Below are positions 36,751-46,486 of a stretch of DNA of 64,000 nt, in pieces. Position 1 is the stretch's first letter. Every line of letters starts with the position of its first letter. The position numbers were made by a program, and so were the translations under genes. Source of the stretch: Elsinoe ampelina (lineage: Eukaryota); contig ML992506.1 of assembly GCA_010093995.1 (NCBI GenBank), positions 1 through 64,000 of the forward strand, read 5' to 3'. A model generated the notes under the pieces. The model saw only the letters and a program-made list of their open reading frames with translations, did no database searches and was not told where the DNA came from.

Positions 36751-37734
36751 CTACAAGAATTGCTCTCCCACCAGTCGCTCACTCAATTCCCACAGGTCCT
36801 TGGCTAGCTTTGCATCCTTGATCCACGGCTTTTGCTTGCTCTCTTCAAAGATCACGCAGTCCTTCAGAAACGCCCCGCTCTTCTCTTGGAGGTCGGGCTG
36901 CATGGCCGCCACCACCGTCGTGGCCGCTCCTTGCTCGATCGTCTTGGGCTCCTCGGGGACGTACTCCTCACCCTTGTCTTTGGCCTTCTGTACCATTTCC
37001 TGGAATGCCTTGCCCAAGCTGTCCATGTTGGTGTTCTGCAGGATACCGCTGCTGAGGATGATACCTGGGTGAAGCACCAACGCTGTGATAGGCTCCTTCT
37101 GTGCTTTCGCTCTCCTCGCAAGCTCGGTAGTGAAGAGAATGTTCGCTGACTTGGCCTGCCCATATCCCATCCATGGATCGTAGGTAGAGCCGTTGGAAAA
37201 ATTGTAGTCGTCCAACAAGGGAGGAGATACCTCGTAGCCCATGCTGGTGAGGGTGACCACACGCGCATCGCCCGACGCTCTGAGCTGAGGTAGCAGTAGT
37301 GCGGTGAGTAGAAAGTGCCCGGTGTGGCAAGCTGCGAACTGCAACCCGATCCCGTCCTCGGATACGGAGTATTTCTCCGGTGCCATGATGCCCGCCGAGT
37401 TGACGAGGACATCAACCTTGGATACCTTGGTCTGAATCTCAGACGCCGCCTTTCGGACAGAAGCATTCGAGCCAAGGTCGAGAGGTACAATGCTGGTAGA
37501 CACACTCGGGTTCAACTGCTTGAGCTTGTCGAGCACAGGTTGGATCCTCGCAATCGAGCGACCCAGTAAAATAATCTCGGCGGGAGCTGGAGATGCCGTC
37601 ACAAAGCTGTAGGCTGCCTCTGCTGCCAGCGAATTGAGGGATGGTCCAGTAATAACGATCGTCTTGCCCGCAAGCATTGATGGATACACAGCGACCACGT
37701 CTGCTGCAGTCGTGTTTTTGTCGAAGTGAGGCAT
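36751..37734 (-). CDS. Short-chain dehydrogenase/reductase (retinol-DH/WWOX-like)
   Basis: GKTIVITGPS, LDLGS, DVLVNSAGIM, GHFLLT, YGQAK (YxxxK), LHPG and KTIEQGAAT. Confidence 0.92.
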   Translation of the reverse strand: MPHFDKNTTAADVVAVYPSMLAGKTIVITGPSLNSLAAEAAYSFVTASPAPAEIILLGRSIARIQPVLDKLKQLNPSVSTSIVPLDLGSNASVRKAASEIQTKVSKVDVLVNSAGIMAPEKYSVSEDGIGLQFAACHTGHFLLTALLLPQLRASGDARVVTLTSMGYEVSPPLLDDYNFSNGSTYDPWMGYGQAKSANILFTTELARRAKAQKEPITALVLHPGIILSSGILQNTNMDSLGKAFQEMVQKAKDKGEEYVPEEPKTIEQGAATTVVAAMQPDLQEKSGAFLKDCVIFEESKQKPWIKDAKLAKDLWELSERLVGEQFL

Positions 37735-38340
37735 GGCTACGGGAGCAGAGCTACGTCGATATTTACAGATCTGGTGATACGTTTGAGTGAATGTATGAAA
37801 GAGAATGAGAAACCGATGCCGGACGGGAGTGAACCATGTTCACCACCTGCCTACTTATACCACATCGTCTTTGCTTTGTGCCCACTGCTACCAACACCTA
37901 ATAGCACCGACCATGCTTCTGTCAACGGACCCACGTATCGATGATGGACTAGTGAAGCCACGCATGTCGTTGACATGGGCCTTGACTGATTGCTAAGCAG
38001 GGCGTTTGGCACTGGAAAAACACTGGTTGGTAAGCGGACAGCAAAATCCGGCCTCACAATTCAATAAAAGTGATCATATCGGAGATTGTAGCGGTCATTG
38101 GGGCCGTAACATCTCGCTTAGCTTGAACTCATCTGATAATCGAAAAATCCATCGCAATGTTGCTGGTAGTGAATGCGATTCGATGGAAACAAGAGAGATG
38201 AATATAGACAGAGGCAGCTTCGGGTGGCGGAACAGCTTGTCCCGAGATGAGGTCACATTCATGGTGGCCAAACTTGCACTACGAACACTTCTCCCAAGCA
38301 GAGTAGCCATTTCGAATAGTTGGATCTGATCAATTCCAAC

Positions 38341-39555
38341 ATGTCGAAGCTAGCGCCCAAGAGCTGGCCCGCTCTGACGAACAACTCCCCGGTGGCAATA
38401 CCTGCCATCGCTTTGGGCACTTTCGAGGCCAAAGCAGAGAACAAGTCTGAACAAGAAAATGCAGTCCTGGCAAGTTTACAAAGCGGCTATCGTCACATAG
38501 ATACGGCAGCCATATACGGGAGCGAGCCTGCCGTCGGCGCTGCTATCAAAAAGTCCAAGATCCCGAGAGAAGAGATCGTGATATGCACCAAGATGTGGGT
38601 GACCCCTGCAGCATCTATAGAACTACCCCTGACCGTCGCCACAGCTGGAACACGCACCACAGTGCAGAAGATGTGCAGCTCTCCGTTAATGGAAGCTTGG
38701 AGAGACTTCAGGTCGATTACAGTCTCACCACCCTTCCTCGCTCGCCGACCATCATCAACTGACCCATCCAGTTGACCTCCTACTTATCCACTGGCCCGTA
38801 GCCTTCCAACGCACCAAAGAAGGCGACACTCTCCGCGGGGAAGACAACAAGGTACTCCTCCACCCCTCTCCATCACCCCACTAGACTGACCCCCTCCCAG
38901 CCAGTCCTCAACCTTCCCCTAACGGAAGACCACCAACCCACGTGGCGCGCCATGGAATCTCTCGTCAAAGCAGGCAAAGTCCGTTCCCTCGGCGTCTCCA
39001 ACTTCACCATCCCCCAGCTAGAGAAGCTTCTCTCGTACGCCGAGATCAAACCCGCGTGCAACCAAGTCGAAGTCCACCCTTGGTTCCCGCAGACCGAGAT
39101 GCTGGAGTTCTGCAGGAAGAACGGCATGGTGATGACTGATTACTCACCGTTAGGGGGACAGGGGGAGAAGAGGGAGAGGGTGTTGGATGATGCGACGATT
39201 GTGGAGGCCGGGAAGAAGTTGGGGTTGGAGCCGGCGCAGGTGGTCATTGCGTGGGCTTGTGAGTTGTTTCCTGACTAGCAGTGGACCGCGTGTGGAGCTG
39301 ACAGGGGATAGTGCAACGAGGGACGGTGCCGATACCAAAGTCGGCGACGGCGAGTAGGATCAAGTCGAACTTCGAAGGTCAGTCGGTGGTTGCCGCGGGT
39401 TGACAGGAGGCTGGCTGACAGATACAGTGCCCGAGCTACCACAGGACGTGTTCGACGAGATTGAGAACATCACTGTCAAGAACCCTGGTAGGAAGCATAG
39501 ATTCTGTAACTTTGATGAGGCTTGGGGATATCCGCTGTTCGCAGAAGACAAGTGA
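38341..39555 (+). CDS. Aldo-keto reductase, ~6 exons
   Basis: IPAIALGT, GYRHIDTAAIYGSE, TKIWN, DLLLIHWP, GKVRSLGVSNF, NQVEVHP, YSPLG and PIPKS; catalytic D/Y/K/H tetrad present after splicing. Confidence 0.9.
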
Positions 39556-39735
39556 AACGCCGACAGGGTGGACGGTATGTGGTACCAGAAGACAGAGAAC
39601 TAAACACGGTAGACCGATCGGTGGCATTTCAGAAATGGAATAGAAAGGTAGACTCGTTGGTTTATTGAACAAGAGCATGAAAATCATATCCGTACCGTCG
39701 CTAATCTAAATTGCATCAACCCAGTCATGATTCAT

Positions 39736-41086
39736 CTACTTCTGGGCAGCAAGGAACGGGCATTCTCCGTGAGGGTCGTTCTCCAGAGTCTTGCTCATCT
39801 CCTCGTGCGTGAGTCTGGTCTCTTCGCTGTCGGCTGGAGCAGCGACGGCCTGACCAGGCTTGGGCTGCCATTGCTTTTCCATGTCCTTGGGGTGAGGGTG
39901 GACCTCCTCGCCCGGACGGCCGACGACATCCGGCCTATTGTCCTTGAGATCAGGGTTGTGGTGCACGTCAGTGTATCCTGTGCTTGTCCCTCTCTTGTGG
40001 CCCTTTGCAGCGTTGTTCTCGTTCGCCAGCTTGAGCTCGGCCATGGACATGTCGATGGCGTCGTCGGGAGCGACGGTGTTGTTCTTAGGGACGGGCTCAA
40101 GGTTCACGATACCCTCGGGGGCGATTTGCTTGAACATGGTCATGGGGTCGAAGTAGGTGTCGACGGCTTGGAGCTGGACAGCCTCGTTAACAGTGGCCAC
40201 AGTGATGCCAGTGATCTCGATGGGGCCGCCATGGGCTTTGGCAGTCACTTTTTCACCCTTGCTGCACCGCTGTCAGTCGCCGCTTATTGTAATCGAGTCA
40301 AGTTCGGAAATACTCACTTGTTAAAGCCAACGTAGTCGTTCTTCATGGTTCCCCAGTGGCGCCACTTGAAAGTGACGGTTGGAGGGCCGGAGTAGACCTC
40401 AATCACTTCCCATGCGAAGGTGGGCATCATGCGCTTGAAAGTCTTGTGGCTGGAGGAGAAGTCTGAGTTGGCGGGGCTATAGTACTCGTTCTCGTTGAGG
40501 ATGGCATTGTACGTGCCGACCTTGAGCATGTGCTCGGCGGTTTGCGGCTCACCCCCGTTGATGGCGAAGGTGTACTTGCCGTGGTCAATCGTCCGCCAGT
40601 CCTTGAGGTCGGGCTTGAACGAGGCCTCAACTTCCCAATTCTTGACGAGGTTCTCGACTAGTTGTGGGAGAGATCCGGCGGTATGAGACATAGTTTTGGC
40701 TGTCGCACCGGTCAGCTCTGCAGATGTAGAGGAAATCATTCTCGGTCCAGTCGACAACACGTGACCGAGTCTCAACGATCGACCTGGTACTAGCAACACG
40801 GTCGCTGCGGCTGTCCGCGCCGTGCATGAGAATCATGAAGAGAGCTCGAGTCCCCTCGACACCGCGCCAGTACACCAAGAACTCGTACCGAGCACGAATG
40901 ATATCCTGAATGAAAGTGTTGTGACTTACTTTCCTCCCAGACCTTGCGGGTTTTCGAGTAGTCCGGTGCCTTGCCATATCTCCAGTTAGCATCCTTGTCG
41001 CCGAGGGTAGCATTAGGTGTGGTGAGGTAGTCTGGAAGGGCAGGGGCTGCCTCAGCAGGGGGTTGTTGAACGTCAGCAGCAGCCAT
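39736..41086 (-). CDS. Pathogen-related protein (PRP; SnoaL/NTF2-like) homolog; introns 40700-40929 and ~40270-40317
   Basis: WRYGKAPDYSKT, GSLPQLVENLVKNWEVEASFK, GTYNA, SSHKTF...FAWEVIEVYSGPPTVTFKWRHWG and C-terminal CPF. Confidence 0.85.
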
Positions 41087-43053
41087 TGTGAATGTGGTAT
41101 GATGAGATGTGAGAGGCAGGGAAGAAAGACGACAGGTTATGAGATGCGAGCAAAGGAAATGTGAGCAAGATATATCCACCTCAGCTCCCACCCACTTGGG
41201 AGGGGCAGACGGGAAATATAGCAAACGACAGGGTCCCTTGGTATCCCTCCACCAAGCTTCCAGATGGTCAGGCAAAATGTGAATCCGTGCGGCGTAGTTC
41301 GAGCTAATGCAGGTGAGAGGACCACTTGGTGCCGTTTGGAATGCAAACGACACGCCCGGGTCTTGTGCAGGCTGCGTGGCACTGCATGGTGCCAGTGTCG
41401 GGCTAGGCGCCCTTGCTGGAGCAGGTGGAGCACGATGGCTGATCCTACATGGGGCCTTTCAGGTACTGGCAAGACGAGCCTCGCTGGAAGAGCATGCAGT
41501 AGTGCTTGCATGGCGTTTCAGCTGAGAGATGTTTTGGTGAGCAACACAAAAAAGTCCAATTGCGGTTGAAGATAGGCCAAGGGTCTAGGGCGGAAGCACG
41601 GCAACCATGGGTGCAAGCCGCGGTAGCGCAAGGCCTGATAGATGAGCTTCGGCGGCACAGTCGACCGCACAGACAAGACGAAATGCAGGTGTGGGTCGAT
41701 GTGCAGTAATTGGCTTTGCGCGATTGGGGGGCTGCGTTTTGATGGTCTGCATGGCTTCTGTTGGCATGGTGCAAGCGAACTGCTGTCAGAGCTGAAGGAG
41801 CAACAGAATCAACTGTCAGGCGTCATCTGTGCCGGCAGACGATGCATCGATAGTCGAAAGTCAGAGATAGGGAGAGACACGGGGACGATCTCATGGACAG
41901 AACGACCCCTCGGACAGGTACTGTAAAGTAGAGCCGAGACGATCTTCAGGTGGATGTGCCCGGCCCCGGCTCTTCGTCTTGCGAATCAACCATTTTCAGA
42001 TCCCCCGGGCAGATCAGGAAAATCTATTACCTGGCCAGACGTTCTCTCCGGGCGCCTGACTCACTGAGAGGTATCTCAACGTACGCATGGATGGTGTCCA
42101 GTCAAGAACATGTACGTGGTCAATTTGGCATCAATCTCGCTTATGCTGTGTTTGTCGAAAATATGCCGCGCGAGGCAGAATAGTCTCTGGTGCCTGCATG
42201 AAGACGGGAGAGGTACACTCAGTGAGAGCCCGAGGGTCCTAGTCGACCCAGAGACGAGCTCAACTTGTTGGGATCGACATTGGTGCATTTGCCCTCTTCT
42301 GCATGTCCGCCGAGAAATCTCTATCATCAACTTGAGGCGACATGGCTGTAACTTAGGCCAAAACGATAGTGTCTTGCTGGGGCAGATCATTGCGTCCCTG
42401 CCGAGGACATCAGGCCTTCCTCGGCGGCACGGAGAAGGCTCCCTGCTGGTAGCCCCGACTAAATAACATGCCCTGGAAGCTTGTTCGACCTGTATGGACT
42501 GGGATGTTCGCCTTGCAGTTTTATCCCATGCGCACGTTCCCCTCAAGGCCTGCAGGTGCAAGACTTTGCATATGCATGTTATGAATGCTTGGTCATTTCC
42601 GCTGCCGTGTCCTAGTGTTGTATATGCATTGCGACAAAAGGGATGAAGAGAGCAGAATCTTCCTTGCAGCTTGTGCACCCACACATGCATGATCCCACAC
42701 GTGGAAGGCATGGATGTCTTCCGCTCCCACGAGATGACGACCCAGCAATCTGGTTAGCCCATGAGACCACGATCCTGTTCCCGACTTGCACATTCATGAC
42801 CTGGCAGCGTCCAGCTGCCAGCAAAACACGATCATCGCGCAGCGTAACGTGCTCATCAGTTGATCCCTCATCCTGCAGAAAGGTCACAGTGTCGTGGACC
42901 AGACAATTTGCGCCTCATGCGACAACTCGGCTGTTAAGGTTACACAAAGTCGCAGGTATGACGTGCATGCCGTAAGTGGGTGTTAGTGGTGATACCGATC
43001 ATGCATCACCTTGTAGCACAGTGAATAGTTTTGACACATGGCTAGTTGCATAA

Positions 43054-44192
43054 TCAGTCTCTGATCTCGATCATCTCTTTAACCATCTGCAGAAAACGAT
43101 CCCGATATTCTTCCGGCGTGGTCGTAATGGACATCGGACCTTGTCGATCAATCGTGTTGTACGCTTTGATCAACCCGGTCATGAGCTTTGGCTGCATCTT
43201 GTGCTTAGCCCAGAAGAAGTCCAGGATGGCAGCCCGGAAAACGTGCTTGCCATCTGGAGACACAACGCCAGTCCGCCACGAGGGCGGCCCGGGAGGAACA
43301 AATGGAGATTCGTCTGGCATGATCGAGTTGTCCTGGAATGGGTCGTGGTCCTTGGTAGTAATCCTGACCAAGAATAGAGAGTAGTCAACCGCGTTGCAGT
43401 CCCTCAACAGCTCCGTGTCTCTCGCCAATATACGCAAAAAGTCCTCGGACTGTTCTTCTGTGAGGACCATCTTGTCCTTGAACTCATCGGCAAGGCGGGA
43501 CTTTGTGGTTTCGGAGGTGAGCTTGCCATCGGCAATATCGCGCTCAGGGAAGAAATACGAGGTGGGCTTGAGATCAAATGACTCCCAATCGGGATCGCTG
43601 TCCTCCTTGTGCTCGTCTTGGCCGTACAAAATGTTCTCCATGACGATGTGATGAGAAGGAGCCAAGCCCAGTGGAATGCCGATGGAGCGATACGATGCGG
43701 AAAGCAGATCTGTGATCCTGCAGAGAGCCGAATCACGGTGTTCTGTCATGTGGTCATTATAAGGATGCAGCAGATCTTCTCGGAAGAAAGAGTGCTCGAA
43801 ATGGCGAGGGATGGATTTGATTAGGTATGCCTGGTTCTTTGTCGAAAAGAATGTCTGTCGAGGCAGTGAGCTCAAGCAATGAAGAGACAAGCAGCGAGAC
43901 ATACCGATCCTGAATAGCCCATATCACCCATGGTGTGTAGGGCAGCGCCATCCTTCTTGCCCTCAGTCACAAAACTCCCAAGGTAGTCTGCCTCATCGAT
44001 CATCCAGACATCCTGTCGGAGCTTTGTGAACAGCTCCGGCTTGTGCTTCTCCAGTGGAACCTGATACAGAGCGAAGAGAGCGGCAAATGCGGCCAGAGTT
44101 CGGCCGAGAGGTGATCGCTTGGTAGTTTGTGATGTCTCTTCTCGTGCGACACCGCGGACGATGCAACGAGCGATGGATTTTTGACGCGCCAT
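43054..44192 (-). CDS. Minimal phosphatidylinositol-phosphate kinase (PIP5K/SAICAR-synthase-like fold), ~362 aa; intron 43855-43904
   Basis: Spliced MGYSGSTFFST..YLIKS, IVMENIL, FDLKP, NAVDYSLF, ILDF and PEEYRDRF. Confidence 0.82.
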
Positions 44193-44569
44193 CTTGTCTT
44201 TCCTGGTGAGGAGGTAGATGAAGATGATGAGGACAAGTAGCCTCGGATGCTTTTCGAGTCACATTGTTGTTTGCACTCCCATGGAAATGAGGATTTGTTA
44301 TGATGCAGAGTTATTTCCTGGTTTCTGGTTGTCCTCCTGTCACATGTTTGCTTTGACGTCACTGTGAGCCAACATATCAACACGAAGAGGCTGGGCATCG
44401 ACAGCATCATCTGATGGCATCCCGTCTTTCGTGAGAGAAGAGGTCATTGAAAACATGGCACGTCTCTGAATTTGGGTATCAAGCTATTCTCCGAGCAAAA
44501 TTGCTACAATGCAAACCATTCCCAATGCAGTGCCGCGACTTTTCCTTGTATCAACCATACCATGCTGAT

Positions 44570-45913
44570 TTACACCCTCTTTGCCTGCTCATAGTCGCCG
44601 TCTTCGTCAAGTCCGTCTGCCCTGTAATTGGAGCTGCGACGACTCATAGTATCTGCCGCTACCCTGGCAGGAGGGGCGGATCCAGGACTTGCCAATGGCG
44701 CACTCATGTTCGTAGGGTTGCTGTCGTTGCGCATGTGTCCGAGCGCACCTGATCTGATACTACCCTCATATCCGCGTATGCTCTCCCCCCCGTGAAGGCT
44801 CTTTCCTCCTTGGATGCTTCTCTCGTCCGCGTCCCTGTGCATACTACGGCCGTCAATACTCCGTGCGTCCTTGTCACGATCTTTGTCCTTGACGCTCTGT
44901 TTGAGACTTGCCGCGTAATATGAATTACGGTCTGACACTAGCGCCGGTGCAGCAACGCCCTGGCTAGAGTAGACGCTGGCGCGCTCGGCAGACGCGACAC
45001 CACCAATGCTTGGACGCCCTTGGGCCTGTCCCAGAGACTGGCCGGTGGACTCGGCTGTAGCGCTCAGCACGCTGAGCGGTAGAGACTCGCGACTACCTCC
45101 CCAGACACTGCTCGGTGCAAGAGCCCGTACTGAGGCATCCGTGTCCATTGATCTTCTGCGACGTCGCTTGGATGATGAGGCTAGAGTCAGAATGGATGCA
45201 TCGTCCGTCAGCAGATTGTTCGCCGTAGCAGCGCTGTATGTAGAAGGATGGCCGGTAGGGGCGAGATGGGGTGGCAGAGCAGAAGCAGTTCCGGAAGGTG
45301 GGAATTGATGCGTGAATTGCACACTTGGAGGACCTGCATTTGCAGAAGTCTGACCAGCACCTCCTTGACCCAGGACAATACCCGGCGAGGTAGATTGTAT
45401 TGTCGTCAAGGTTGTGGTCAAGGACTGTTCCGACTGGTTTGGAGACGAGAATGTGCTGTTCCTACCTGCTCCATCCACTGAGCTGAAGCCTCCACCTGTC
45501 TTGGCTGTGAATGCCTTTGAATGCCCGGCATCAGAGTGGACGGTCTCTGGGTTTGTCGCGACTGTCGGAGCAGCTGACTTGTTGCTGTGAGACACATGTC
45601 CGTTCTCCTCGCTCCTCGTGGTTGACCCAACGCTGCTTCGGCCTGGTTGTGAATTGCGATTCGAGTAGGCGAGGCTCCCATTTGCGCTGTCGACATCTGC
45701 CGCAGCAGGTCTTGATTGGACATGTCCAGACTCTGGATATGGATTGTTGCCTTTCAAACGATTTATGCTCGGTTTCTTGGATTTGAAATGGCTCGTCTTC
45801 TTGCCTTGCTGGTCTGACCCTTTGAGATTGGTCAACTTCTTCATCCACGACGCGAAGGGCCGTCTACGCGCATGGCGGTCGGGGCTGTGAGCGGCGACGT
45901 CTGGGCTGGCCAT
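44570..45913 (-). CDS. Ser/Gly-rich low-complexity fungal hypothetical protein, 447 aa
   Basis: Long intact ORF with gene-like codon use and block DASILTLASSSKRRRRRSMDTDASVRALAPSS; no domain recognised. Confidence 0.8.
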   Translation of the reverse strand: MASPDVAAHSPDRHARRRPFASWMKKLTNLKGSDQQGKKTSHFKSKKPSINRLKGNNPYPESGHVQSRPAAADVDSANGSLAYSNRNSQPGRSSVGSTTRSEENGHVSHSNKSAAPTVATNPETVHSDAGHSKAFTAKTGGGFSSVDGAGRNSTFSSPNQSEQSLTTTLTTIQSTSPGIVLGQGGAGQTSANAGPPSVQFTHQFPPSGTASALPPHLAPTGHPSTYSAATANNLLTDDASILTLASSSKRRRRRSMDTDASVRALAPSSVWGGSRESLPLSVLSATAESTGQSLGQAQGRPSIGGVASAERASVYSSQGVAAPALVSDRNSYYAASLKQSVKDKDRDKDARSIDGRSMHRDADERSIQGGKSLHGGESIRGYEGSIRSGALGHMRNDSNPTNMSAPLASPGSAPPARVAADTMSRRSSNYRADGLDEDGDYEQAKRV

Positions 45914-46486
45914 GGTGGGATTGACAAGTAGGCTGGCGAAAGAAGGCCGTGATCTGGCGGCTTATGGAGCAGCCGGGGTTGTGGTCGTCTGTCGAAGGAG
46001 AACAGGGGGTCTGTGGGAAGAGGCAGGTGGGCGTCAGGCTTTGTAACAGATTGATTGTCAGACTTCCATGGTCGATGGTCGACTATTGCAAAGCTACCAA
46101 GTCATTCGGTTCGGCAGACAGTCGAATTGTCGATGTGTGAGAGGGGAAGATGAGTGTATTTGAAGGACGAAAGAGAGGCTCTCATGCCCGAGCCCTAAGC
46201 TTGGGAATACCTACAACATCTTCCGAAAGCTTGGCGGTTGGTCCCGTCGCCCTGCATTTTCGACGACTTTCTGGACTCTCCTTCATCATCAACGGCAACC
46301 TCAAGTGACACCACCTTCCTCGGCATTCATCTCAAAACCATCACACACCTGTCTAGCGGCAACCTCGACTGCTAAGCCATATCCTCAAAAAGTCAGTCGG
46401 CTCAACATGAGAGCTATTATCCTGGTCACTAACAATTCGATACACTGGTGGCGTCCTCCTTGATGTCAAACCAAAAGACGTCAGCC

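Noticed and set aside
40700..40929. TPP riboswitch in the long intron
   Set aside because: The conserved CUGAGA and GAUCxGGxxAAUxCCxGCG cores are absent and the host gene is not thiamine-related.
41400..43000. ORFs of 100-211 aa between the PRP and PIP-kinase genes
   Set aside because: No codon bias, motifs or consistent splice structure.
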